From the NCBI GenBank assembly GCA_963693365.1, contig CAVNZM010000002.1:12394328-12458327 (forward strand): 64,000 nucleotides of DNA, given 5' to 3'. Source of the DNA: Amoebidium appalachense. Lineage: Eukaryota > Protista > Ichthyosporea. Below the pieces are notes generated by a model that saw nothing but the letters and a program-made list of their open reading frames with translations, was not told the origin of the DNA and searched no databases. The translations under genes were made by a program, and so were the position numbers. Below, piece by piece: positions 1 to 13,309 of this stretch. Each line of letters starts with the position of its first letter. Position 1 is the first letter of the stretch.

Positions 1-1412
1 GGCAGACTGGTTTGGGCAGCATGGGGTGCACATCAACAAAGAGAAATGGTCCACTTACGCGTCTATGCAGCAATTGGGGACTATTTTGGGCTCGCTCATC
101 ACGGGGCCTATAGTGAATGTGTTGGGCCCGCGTACGGGGATGATTGCAAACAACACTTTTTATGTTGCCGCAGCAGTCTGCGCTGGACTGAGTGGATCGA
201 ATTTCACTCTTTTCTGTTTGGGTATGTGTGCACCCCGTACACCTCACTCACATCCTACAATCACTTTCTGACAGAGAGAGTGAGAGAGAGAGAGAAAGAG
301 AGGGAGGGAGGGGAGGAAGGGAGAGAGAGAGAGAGAGACAGAGAGAGAGCCTCGAGGCAGAGAGAGTATGAGGCACACAGGGAGAGAGAAGGGGGGGGGG
401 GGGGGGGGGGGGGAGCGAGAGACTGGAGAAAGTGGAGCAATGCGGATGGTGCAGTAGAGTACGTGCACAGTGGCACCTTAAAAACCGCGTGCATGGTCTA
501 AAAGCGCACACATGACAAAATAAGAAGATAAAAGTGTGTGCACACAAACCACGCACAAGCACACAAACACACACAAACACATACCGTGAAACACACACAC
601 ACTCACATACTTGCATCCTAGCCCCCCCCAGCAACCAACAACTACACAACTGCACATGTGGAGAAACACACATACACGTTTAACACTGTTCTAAGCATGA
701 GCGCACACAAATACTTAGATACGAAGTGCATATAAGGTGCCGACGGCCACACACCTCATCACCTTGCACTTCTACCATCACCCACACCCACACACACACA
801 CTGGGAACCCAAAATTGACAGTCTCACACACACACGTGTCACATCTAACCCTCCTTCCCCCCCCCCCTCCCCCCTCCCTCCCCCCTTCTCCTGCTCCCCC
901 TCCCTCCCTTCCCAACACACACACACAGGCCGGTTCATTTCAGGCACGGCTATGGGCTTCAATATTGGCTGTGCACAAATGTACGTGGGTGAATGCGCAC
1001 CGGCGGAAATCCGTGGAATCGCAAACATGATGATGGTCCTGATATGGTATACTGCCCTACCAATCACATATGCATTGGGAATGAAAAACGTTCTTGGAAA
1101 CCCGGAAAGTTGGAGAATTCTGTATGTTTTGACCCCTTCGATCGGTGTTTTGCATTTGTTTTTAGCGCCTTTTCTTCCCGAGAGCCCGCGGTATCTTCTA
1201 GCAAAAGGGAGGAGAGGGGCAGCAAAGAAATCCCTTCGGAGATTGAGAAATGTGAGTGCTGAGGTGGCAGAAGAGGAGCTGGCAACAATGGAGGTAGGAC
1301 CCCCCCCCCCCCAAAAAAAAAAAAAAAAAAAAAAAAACAAAAAAAAAACATAAAAGTAGAAAAAAAAAAAAAAAAATGAAACAAACATAAAAGTAAAAAT
1401 CATTGAAAATAC

Positions 1413-1502
<90 letters not shown>

Positions 1503-2828
1503 CTCTGAGGTGAAACTGATACGTTTAGCATTTCCCCTTCCCGACCCCCCGGCAGTTCCCCTGGTGCTCCCGTCATCCCCGTCTTCCCTCGTTTTACCCA
1601 TCACTCCCTCCTCCCCTCCTTCCCCCCCCCCCCTCCCCCCCCCCCCCCCCCCCCCAACACACACACAAACCCACCCACCCACCCAACCACCCATCCTCCC
1701 ACCCAACCATCCACCCTGCCTCCAACCGACAACCGTTATCCACACACACACTGGCACACGCGCACACGCACCCACACAATTACCGTGGAACACACAAACA
1801 CAAATACATGCAACACCGAATACATGCACCTGAGGTGCCGCATGCTGAATAACCACAGGCGCATTTTCAACTGTCCCAACAGCAAAAAAATACGTGCACT
1901 AATATGCCAAAGAAGCCTTGCATATGCTAAAGAAATGCATTGCCTAAAGAATTCATAACCAACTGCCAAGATTCAGACCTTTTGTAGCAGTTCCTTGTAA
2001 TGATTCTGAGCAACAAAGTTTAACCCAATTTTGACTGGACCACAGGAATCGATCAAGTCGACGGCCCAAGGCAGCTACCTTGCCATGCTCCGGAACCTCC
2101 TGGATCGCAAATACGGCAGATCTCTTCTAATCGGACTGATGCTCCCGTTTCTCGCTCAGTATTCAGGCTGCCTCACAATCGTTCTCTTCAGCACCCCCCT
2201 GTTTGTGAAATTGGGGATCGGGAGCAGCGAAATCGCAACCGTGATCATGGGATCTTTCTCCGTCCCCTCGATTATCTTCCTTGGGGTCCTAATCGAAAAA
2301 CTGGGCCGGAGGGGGCTCATGATCTACGCGTGGATCGCATGCGTCCCCCTAGCCATCCTCTTTTCATTGGCTACTATTTATAGATCTGACGTAATGAATT
2401 GGGTTGCACTTTGCACGATGCTTGTGTACAGTTTTTTCGTGGCGGGTCCCGGGGTTATAAATATGACGATCGTGGTAGAACTATTTCCTACGTCTGTTCG
2501 GCCGGCAGCCGTTTCCATATGTAACTTGGTGGCACGCGGGGTTACATATTCTGCCGTAAAACTGTTTTTGTACCTTTTGGAAGGGTTTGGAGACTATTTA
2601 TTCCTGTTTTACGGAAGTGTTGCGTTGTGCGGAGCGGTTTTTGCGTATTTTGTTATTCCGGAAACCAAGGGGGTAGACTTGGAAAAGGTGAACAACCTCT
2701 ATGAAAAGAGAGAGCAGAGTGAATGGAACGAGGGCAGTGTGGGGGGTGTGAGCACGGTTAATGGCTCACAGGTGATGGTGTGTGAGACTTCTGTTACCGT
2801 GGGTGATAAATTTGCCAAAACAGGTTAA
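1..2828 (+). CDS. MFS sugar porter (GLUT/SLC2-like) transporter, 5'-partial; exons <1-221, 929-1293, 2046-2828
   Basis: The spliced translation has sugar-porter signatures: G|RFISG...YVGECAPAEIRG, LPESPRYL, IEKLGRR, ELFPTSVRP and IPETKG, plus multiple hydrophobic helices. GT-AG junctions are phase-compatible (G|GC at 221/929, phase 0 at 1293/2046). TAA at 2826-2828. Confidence 0.93.
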
Positions 2829-3482
2829 GAGTTAGTAATTCGCCACTCGGAATACACAAAAACACATCCATGCACACACACACACACACACACACACATG
2901 CACGCACACATGCACACGCGCACGTGCAGGCAAACACACACACACACACACACAGGTATATTCACACACACTCACACACATAAAACACCCCCCCACACAC
3001 ACACATCACCGCCACTAGCAAAAAATCGCGCGTGTTCGTGAAAGACTCTGAGTTACAGGATGCTACATACTAAGTTACAAACATTGAAGCATTGGATTTT
3101 ATTTCTGTAGTATTAATAAAAATAGGTTAAGTTGACATACAAAATCTTAACCATTTTTAAAGCTAGCGCTGTGCATGTCATGTTTCTCATAGAGTATGTT
3201 TGATGCCTAATCGAAAGAAAGTTCTAAATAAGGTAACTGAGATGATGCATATGAAAAAATTTAAATTTAAAGTTTGCTGAGCCTGACGTGAGTTCAGTCT
3301 GAGATTAAAAGAAAGCGCTGCACTACAAGAAGGACCTGGTGATCAGAAATACAACTGACCCTCCTCCCCCCTCCCTCCCCCCCCCCCCCCCCCCCCCCCC
3401 CTCCCCCCCCCTTCTCCAACTAATGATTTGTAACTGTTTTTTTTTTTTTGCACGGTCTATATTATTGGGGAAACGATCTCAA

Positions 3483-3524
<42 letters not shown>

Positions 3525-3848
3525 TTCCGCCCCTCCCTCCCTCCCTCCCTCCCCCCCCCCCTCCCCCCCCTCCCTCCCCTCCTCCCTCCCCCGCGCCCCC
3601 GGCCCGGCCAACCGCCCCCCGCCGCCCACCCACCCTCGGAACTCACCACCGCAAAAACATTTTTTTGGGCGCAGGGGGGGGGGGGGGGGGGGGGGGGGGA
3701 GGGGGGGGGGGGGGGGGGGGGGGAGGGGGGGGGGGGGGAGAAGGAGGGGATCCACGGCCACGTTTATGTAGTGCTAGTGCTGTTGTGCCCTTGAGATGCA
3801 CCTATGTGTGTGGGTTCGTACCTTTTTGCCATGTGTGATTGTGCGGTG

Positions 3849-4223
3849 ACTATGGGGTCGTCAGAGCAAGAACCGTGTTTTGACGCCATAGGGATGTGAT
3901 CTGGACGCCCAAGTTTTGCCTCGATTTGATTGGTTCTGAGTGTCAGCCATCAAACCCTGAATCAAATCGAAGAATATTTCGATATTCCTTCTTTTTCTGT
4001 CGGTTTTATAAAAGCATTTTTTAGATCTGGCGCTCAAAAACTTCCCGCCCGAATTTCTATATTTGGCTATTCGTGCAATCGTACGAAAACTATAAGGTCC
4101 ATACATAATCTTTTTTGAGATTTTGCAATATTCCTACTTTTTTTTTTTTGGTTTTTTGATTGTGCATCCGGGGCATCCCTATGGCTTTCGCCAAACGCTA
4201 TAATTGCTCTGACCACCCATAGT
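3849..4223. mobile_element. MITE-like element with imperfect TIRs (ACTATGGGGTsGTCAGAGCAA...); same family as 58221-58414
   Basis: The left end actatggggtcgtcagagcaag matches the reverse complement of the right end ttgctctgaccacccatagt. The first ~85 bp align with the arm of the palindromic element at 58221. Confidence 0.7.
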
Positions 4224-4611
4224 AGGGTCAAATTCGCAGTTTGGTGGTGTATAGGTAACATCAGATATTAATACGCCACGCGACAATACATTCATTACAT
4301 GTAGGTGACTCCTTTCTCGGGAATTGCCATAAAAAGCCTTCAGGAAAATCATGAGTTTTCACGATCGTACGGTTTTTAGGGCCTAGTAGTGACGCATGCA
4401 CACATGAAAGGTGTACGGGCACATGTGCGCAGTGCATATGAGATGATACGCACACACACATGTCATGCAGCGGTTGGGTGTGTGTGTGTGTGCGTGCCAC
4501 ACGAGCGTGCACATGTGCTCACATGCTCCACCTACACCTGCAGGCTGCGGCACGCACGCACAGTGTCACATGAACACACACATAGTGAGGATGCATGTAT
4601 ACACACGCACG

Positions 4612-4685
<74 letters not shown>

Positions 4686-6370
4686 CCCACCCACGCATGT
4701 ACACTGACGCACACACAGTAATGAACATGCGCAGACACAACAGGGGCACGTACACAGGCACGGACACACATGCACACATGTCGTGCCTATGTACAAACAG
4801 CACGCACATACCCACGCGTGCACCCCCACACGAGCACTCGTACACAGGCAAAGCACGAGAGGCACACACACACACACACACACACACCACACACACACAC
4901 ACAACACCCACATGCCCACACAACCAGATGCACACGCACACACACACACAAGCGCTCGTGTACATATGCACACTCGCCCACACTCACATACACACACACA
5001 CACACGAGCGCACTTATACGTACGCAGGCACGCACACACACGCACACACACATAAACAAGTCTCGCACACGTCAATTTTTCATGCATGCGTATGTTTGAT
5101 GTATACACTTAACGTTCAGCAATCAAGTAATAAACGAACAAAATTAGCGGCACACACAAAACACCCTCATGTAATATGTGGCAAGGGTCCAAGGGTTCAA
5201 TAATGACATTCCCTTTTTATTGATGCTATCTTTGCACACGTCTGTTCATTAATAAGCCACACATATGTACATGGTTTTTTGATGGTTCTAATGTAATTTC
5301 TTTCCTCTTGTTTACGTTTTTGTGTTACAGTAAAATGGCCGGGAGTTAGCCTTCGAAATGCGAGTCTCGAAAAAATCACAGTTGTAGTATGCAAACCCAA
5401 TAATGCGAATAATAATACCTAAAACCCACACACATGGATGATTTCGCAACAAAATAAACGGGTTATGCAACAAAATAAATGGGTTATGACATATTGTTTA
5501 CAAATGTCTCTTATTGGGCTATACCACCACTTAACCTTACACGTACTGCAGTAAACCCCGCAGGCGATAGAGAAAAAGGGGGGCTCTATGCAAAGGAAAT
5601 TTACCATAAACCCAAGGGGAGAAAACCTTAGCAACGAGATTCGATTTGTGTGTGTGTGTGTGTGCGCGTGCCCGGACACGTGCACGAGCATGCGTATTCG
5701 GCAGACGAAAACCAAAAAACGCAGTGAATAAATGATAAACAGAAAATAATTTCTCTTTTGCGAATTACGAAAGAAAAACGTTCGGCGGGGGGTGAACGAC
5801 CCACCAACCATTATGCACATCCCAAGGGAATCTTCCCTCCGGGTCTTAAGAACAAGAAAAACACATTAGTGTAACACTTACACTACAACACACATCTTAT
5901 AAACATAACATCGTACATATTCACAAAATACACGGACCAACATTACTCTTATTCCTTTGGTTTTAGCACATTCTTTGCAGCTCCGCTATATGAGCCATAG
6001 ATCAAATTATGATTAAGTTAATGGATGTTTCAGTTGATGCAGTTATTGCTTTTTTCCTCACTATGCACATGAGGTAACAAAAAAAACAAACAAACAAACA
6101 AAAAAAAAACAAACAAACAAAAAAAAAACTCTTGCTGTTCTTTTCACAACGGTACCTTTATCCCCCCCCTCCCCCCCCCCCCCCCCCCCCCCCCCCCCTC
6201 TCCCACAACCAGATTATAACCCCCCACCTACACAAAAACCAAAAGCAACGAAAAAGGAGACGAGTCGCGTCATCTTAACAGCTGCTCACGGATAATACCC
6301 AAGTGCTCTATAGTAGTTGGGAGGTTTAAGCCTGAAAATTTGAAGGGGTATAATCCTGACAATTAGGAAA

Positions 6371-6620
6371 CTAAGAGGCGCTTCTACCGTCAGACTGTGC
6401 CGTGGGTGTGGGCTGTGGCTTGGGGGGTCTTTGTTTGGACATGTCGACCTTCTGAATCCAGGACTGTATGGGAATAGATTTTATAATTATTGTCATGGTT
6501 TTTGTTACTATTACACAATGGTTGCTACTATTACTGCCACTACCACTACTGCTACTATTACAACTACTACTACTCTTACTAAGTTTTTTTTTTTTTTTTT
6601 TTTTTTTGGGAAGAGGAAAA

Positions 6621-6659
<39 letters not shown>

Positions 6660-8328
6660 TAGGTTGAGTATTAGACTACGAAGCGCACATTCACAATGGA
6701 AAAAACATACAGGTCAAACTCACAACACAAGCATCACAAAAAGAGCCCATCCTCCCCACGCACGGTGGGGGGGGGGGGGGGGGGGGAGAGGGTGGGGGGT
6801 GGGAAAGGGGGAAGAGAGAGAGAGAGCAAACAGAGCCAACACACCTTGTCACATTTTCTTAACCACCCATTACACACACCACCACCAACCCCCCCCCCCC
6901 CCCAAACACACACACACACGTGAAACACGCACCAGAAACGGGCCTGCGGTTCTTGGGGGGGCATATATGTCCCATGCATAGAAGCCCGGTGTCAGGGTGG
7001 CTGTGAGGCTCATGGGCCCACTGCCGTCACTCTTGGCTGTGGCTATGTGGATGTCGTCATTGTGGCCTCCTGTACGTGTGTGTGTGTGTGTGTGTGCGTG
7101 TGTACGTGTACGTGTGTGTGTATATGGGTGGGTGAGTGGGTGCTGTATCGGTGTGTGTGGGTGGGTGAGTGTGAGCGCGAGTTTGAGAGTGCGTGCGTAT
7201 GTGTGCATTGTATAAGTAGGTGTGCATGTAACGTGGGTGCATGTTAGAAGATGTTCGTGTTCGTGAATGGGTGCGGTTGAGCGCAGGTGTAGGTATTAAA
7301 TGTGTGTGTACTCCTGCACTCATCATGCTGATGCCCATGCCCCCCCCCCCCCTCCCCCTCCCCCCCCCCCCCCAATCCCTTCTCTCTAGTTTCGTCTTCT
7401 TTTTTCGGGTGAAACAAGTACGCACGTGTGTGTTTGTGTGTGTGTTTGTTTGTTGTTGTTGTGAAGAGAGGGGGAGAAAAGGGGGGGAGGGGGGGGGGGA
7501 TTTAAATGCGGAACACGGTACGAAGTACGCATACACGAAGGACACATGCAAAGGCAAACATTCAAGTATGCAACATCAGCCATGCGCACAGTATGCGTCA
7601 TAAGCAGGCCCATCCTCAGGGAGGGCCCAAGGGGGGGGGGGGGGGGGGGGGGGGGATCTGTACCTGCCCTCTTGCGGAGGCGGAGAGTGGTGTTCTTTGG
7701 GCCCTCATAGACTGCATTGACGGTGACGGGATTGATGATTCTGATTGGATACTTGCCGATCTGGTGTCCAATCATCTCCTTGGGCCGCACCCTATATATG
7801 GCGGACATGTTGCGGAGGATGGCCGTGCCGACAAACAGCAGGCATGATTCCCTGCCAATAGGGTGTGAGTTTGGCCAAGAAAAACCACGTGCTGCTTACT
7901 GTGCAGGTGTGATATTGATCCTATCGCTGCATACACAAACATTTGTGAAACACGGCATATATGTCGATTATAGCTATCACACTGCATACATGCATATCAT
8001 AGAACACCCGTTTATACATTCACATTATCATAGCACACCATTAAAAAAAAGCTTGGTAAGATACAAAACCCTGACATGCAAAGTAAGGCCCACCCGCGCT
8101 CTGTTTCCCGGTCAATTCATTTCCACACACACAGCTCCATACCGACGGACAAAGCAAACGAGCAACACCACCATGACAACTTGGCACAAATCACACAAAA
8201 AATAGAGGAAAGAGAGAGAGGTCAACATACCGCCCGAAGCACCCCTTTGCCAAAGAACAGTTACCGCAAGGAAAAAGGAGAGAGAGAGAGAAAAAAAAAA
8301 AGAAAAGGATTCTACAAGAGTTAGTGTA

Positions 8329-8364
<36 letters not shown>

Positions 8365-9143
8365 TGTGCATGTGTGTATCTGTTTGTGTGAGTGTGTCCG
8401 GGGGAAAGGGGGGGGGGGTTTGAATGCGTGGGCGGGGGGGGGGGGGGGGGGGGGGGGGGAGGGAGGGGGCGCAAACATACTCGCACACATCCGGCTGTTC
8501 CATCACCTTCACCTTCTCCTCCACCGGTGTCTCCTCTCCGTCCACCTCCCCATCTCCCTCCCCCTCACCCTCCGCCCCCGCCTCTCCCGCATCCCCCCCA
8601 TCCTCCCCTTGCGTCCCCTCCGCTGTCCCACCATCACCACCATCCACACTCTCATCCCCACTCCTATCAACAAAACCCGATTTGGTATTAACCTCCACCA
8701 ATCCCAACGACTTTACGAGTTCTAGTGTCTTATTGGTCTCCGCAGATCCGTCGCTGACCGGTTCGGGGTAGATTGCGGTCGGTTCGGGCCACGACTCGTC
8801 CATGTCAGCCAATGGCTTCGCTACGTTAGAATTAGAATTTAAATTTAATGCGTTAGCAGGCATGGTCTCGCCCGAAACATGCGCCGGCGCCGTTTCCATA
8901 GCAACCGTCGCTCCCGCGGCAACCGTAGAAGCGCCCGGAATGTTCCAGTCGGCGGCGGCTGTTTCTGGATCTCCTTGCACGTGATTGGTAGTTTGAGCAG
9001 CGGCGGCGGTTTCGATTGGTGCGTCCGATGGAGTTTCCATATTTGGGTCTGCGGGAACGTCTCCCGCGGGGGCTGCTTCGGCGGTTTCGGTTGGTTGGGC
9101 CTCGGTGTCGGAGGTCAGGGCTTTGGCTTCTGTCGTGTATGTA

Positions 9144-9206
<63 letters not shown>

Positions 9207-9448
9207 AAAGATATAGATGAGCGCCTAGGACAAGACCCCAAACTCGGACATTCAGGAACCGTTTGTCTTAGACATGTTGTTTTGAACACAAGGTGAAATG
9301 TTGCACATGAGAAAGAACACCATGCGTGACAGTGCAAAGGAAAACGACGGAGGAAAGGGAAAAGGAAACAGAGCGACTTAATCAGGTCAACACACTTTTC
9401 GTATAAGAGATTGAACAGTTTTTTTTTGTTTTTTTTTTGTGTGTGTGT

Positions 9449-9479
<31 letters not shown>

Positions 9480-10007
9480 GGGGGGGGGGGTTGAATGCGG
9501 AACACAGTACCAAGTACGCATACACGATGAGAAGCATGGTGCAGGACACATGCAAAGGCAAACATTCAAGTATGCAGCATCAGCCATGCGCACAGTATGC
9601 GTCATAAGCAGAGCCCATCCTCAGGGAGGGCCCAAGTCATCAATTGCGTCTGAGTTTCGACCCCTTAGCCCGCGTATATACGACGCTCCAACTCAGACAG
9701 CAGCATCAACTGAACTTGGGTGGGTCAACCCGTCTTGATCAAAGACGAGCAGGGTTGCTTATGCAAGCAAGGTGAGCAAAACGGTGAAGATGTGTGTGCA
9801 AACTAATGCAGTGCAGCGACAAACGCGTATGTGCTTACAGATGCACGACACAGAGCAACCATGCCCGGTTGCATGGAAGTAAAGATGTCTCCACACAGTG
9901 GTCTGTCCTGAAAGGACACCTCTGAAAGAAGACAGGGGAGGTTTGAATGCGGAACACAGTACCAAGTACGCATACACGATGAGAAGCATGGTGCAGGACA
10001 GGGGGAG

Positions 10008-10038
<31 letters not shown>

Positions 10039-11722
10039 GCAGGAGGGGGAGGGGAAGGGAACTAGCGAGCCAGCAAAAGAGAAAGATGAGAGAAGGAAGC
10101 CGCGCAGACACACATAACAACACCCACACGCAGGGGGGGAGAGATAGAGAGAGAGAGAGGGGGGGGGGAGGGAGGGGGGAGAGAAGGGGAGGGGACCAGC
10201 GGCAGATACACACAAAAAGAATGAGGGGCTAAGTTTTGCATCTTAGTTAGGGTCTGTGATCGGGTGCCAAGAAGCAAAGAACATGGCATACCCCGGGGAG
10301 GGGAAAGGGGAAAGGGGAGAGGGGGGGGGGGATAAATTACCAACACTGGTGCCGATGACACTATCGATCCAGCGCTTGTATTCGGACACACGGGTGTAGA
10401 TGGTGTATAGGCTCGGGGCACCACAGCCACTGCCCCAGCTGACTATCCCCACCTGTACCAATGGTTGTTCAGCTTTAAACGTTTTAATTTGTGTTACTAA
10501 CTAAGATGATACGGGTACAGAGCTACGAAGGGTTGGTGCCCCAGTAATAGCATCCACAGCTCCAACAGCGACTGTAGGCCTGGGTGTGCAAGTAATATAA
10601 TAATGCCAGTGTGTGTGTGTGTGTGCGTGATATGCATGCACACGATTTGTTTTGAATTGGGACATAAACGCAAATTTAGCTGGAAATGATGTGATACACG
10701 CGGTTAAGGACGAAGGGTTCATTTTGAAATTTCACTATGTAATTGATCAAATTTCATATGTAGGATTATCGGCCCCCACTGAGTATCGGGAGTTAGGGAG
10801 TATGGGGGATTACGATCTGCCGTTATGCACATGCATGGTTCATGGCCGCACTCAATTTGATTGTTGGGGATATAACGGACCAATAGTCTCATATACCATA
10901 TATGGTATATGAGGAAATTTAGTTTTGAACCCTTTGTCCTTAAGGTTGATGCTGAACCCTTTGTCCTTAAGGTTGATGCATGATGCATGCAAAGCTCCAT
11001 ACCAGCGCATTTTGCATGTGCGCACAAACACAAACACAAACACAAACACACACATACACACACATCTTTTGCTTGCATCCACGTGATCGTGATGTGCACC
11101 TGAACATGTTCACGCGAAAACAGTTTTCACACACCTGCACGCCGTCATCTGTAAACAGTGCCGATCCCGAGTCTCCGTAGCATGCGTCATGCCCCCCCTC
11201 CTGGTATCCTGCACACAGCATGGTCTGAGAGTTGTACCTCGCTCCGTACGACTTCTCGCACCTGCCCGGAAAATAGAGTTGTGTCAGTCCACCCAGCTTG
11301 CAACAAACTAACCAACCATCCCAGGAAGAAAGGAGGAAGGGGAAAGAAAAAAAAGAAAAGAAAGAAAGAAAAGAAAAGAAAAAGAGAGAGAAGAAGAAAA
11401 AAGCTCAGAGTCCTTTTATTATCATAGAGGTGGTGGTGGTTGGTTGGTTGGGTTGGGTTGGGCTGTGGAGTTGGGGCGGGTCGGTTGGTTGTTTAGAGTG
11501 TGCTATTGAATGTTAGGTCCACATCCATAACGTACAAAACAAGGCAGGAGTGCAAATCACACTTTTACGAGTCTGCTTCTTCTTCTTCTTCTTCTTTTTT
11601 TCTTTCTTTCTTTTTTTTTTTTTCTTTCTTTCTTTCTTTCTTTCTTTTTTTTTTTTTTCTTTCTTTTTTTCCTTATTTCTTTTCTTTTCTTTTCTTTCTT
11701 TCTTTCTTTTTTTTTTTTTTTT

Positions 11723-11753
<31 letters not shown>

Positions 11754-12042
11754 GGGGGACGCTGCTTACAGGCCATCGGAGACTATTGGGACGTCAGCTT
11801 CCATTAATTCGGTTGCCTTTGGTCCCCTCTGAAATTTGGAGCACAGGGTTAGAAATGGGTAAGGTTGGGTGGGGTGGAAGATGAGGGAAAGGACCATCTA
11901 GATGAAGTATGGCGAAATATAAATGATGTATACGGCCATTGGAAAGGACGGTCATGGCATGAAAATATGGGAGGCAGAATACAAGAGACGGAGAAGAAGA
12001 GATACATACCCAGTATCAAAACAAGCGACACGACACTACTTC

Positions 12043-12097
<55 letters not shown>

Positions 12098-12219
12098 ATA
12101 CATGGTTTATAAACCCCAAAACTACGATTTCTAAGTGCACACAGTGCCTACCGCGTCATCAGTGGTGGCGCCAAAGCCCGTAACCTTAGCGTTGGTGTCT
12201 GGTGCATTCCGTGCCCTGC

Positions 12220-12254
<35 letters not shown>

Positions 12255-12402
12255 AGTGTGTGCATTGATGTGAGTGTGAATGCGCAAGAGAGGGAGAAAG
12301 GGTAAGTGCTTCAGTCATAGTAGTGTGCATGTTCGCTTGAAAGTGTTTGTGCCAAACAGAACCCAGTCCCAAAAGGTAACAATAAGACGAGAGACGAGGC
12401 GG

Positions 12403-12434
<32 letters not shown>

Positions 12435-12856
12435 AAGAGAGGGAGAGAGGAAATACATACTACAAATAAACCTTCTGATTTATTTATTTCGCGGGAGGAC
12501 CAGAGCCAACAACCCATATATGCAGGTATGAAAAAACAATCGTGCACAACCAGGTTAGGGCACTAATATCGATTGAAATCAACCCAACACTAGCACCCGT
12601 TCCCGTATGTTTTCAGCCATACACTTAAGAACTGATGTACCCCATAGTTTGACTAAATGTGCGAGCCCCCTCCCCCCCCCCCCCCCCCCTTTCTCCCCAA
12701 CACACATTACCTTCCCGGATCCTCCCTCATCCCCCCCCCCCCCCCCCCCTTCTCCCCCCTTACGCATTCTTCTCTTTTATCAACACAGAAACACCCCGCT
12801 CACTTTCTTCGCCTTATCGATGAATACAGAGGAGGAGGGACAGGGGAATGATCCGG

Positions 12857-12890
<34 letters not shown>

Positions 12891-13147
12891 GTGTGTGTGT
12901 TGTGTGCATGTAAACACAGGCATGCTTACGTACATAGATAACACACACACACACACGCACACGCACACACACACGCACACACACACACACACACACACGT
13001 ATGGGGGGGGAGAGGAGGGGGGGGGGGGGGGGGTTGTAGCGTACGGGTCATCATTGAGTTGCATGATTGGGCGGGTGGAGGGAGAGGCCAACTTGATGAG
13101 GCAGACGTCATTGTCCACACCATTGGTCTGGTCGTACTGCGGGTGGC

Positions 13148-13216
<69 letters not shown>

Positions 13217-13269
13217 GTGTGTACAAGTACGAATCAACACACTACTCATCACCACAACCAGTGTCAGCA

Positions 13270-13309
<40 letters not shown>

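Noticed and set aside
9725-9760. 5S rRNA, SRP RNA or tRNA origin for the repeat
   Set aside because: Only short resemblances exist (cccgtcttgatc...agcagggt; a B-box-like ggtcgaaac). There is no cloverleaf, A-box or continuous alignment. An Infernal search is needed to exclude this fully.
9603-9763. Hammerhead ribozyme in the repeat core (CUGAGGA and CGAAAC both present)
   Set aside because: The bases flanking the two motifs cannot form stem II (U opposite C). In the alternative arrangement the CUGANGA position is degenerate and not conserved between subfamilies.
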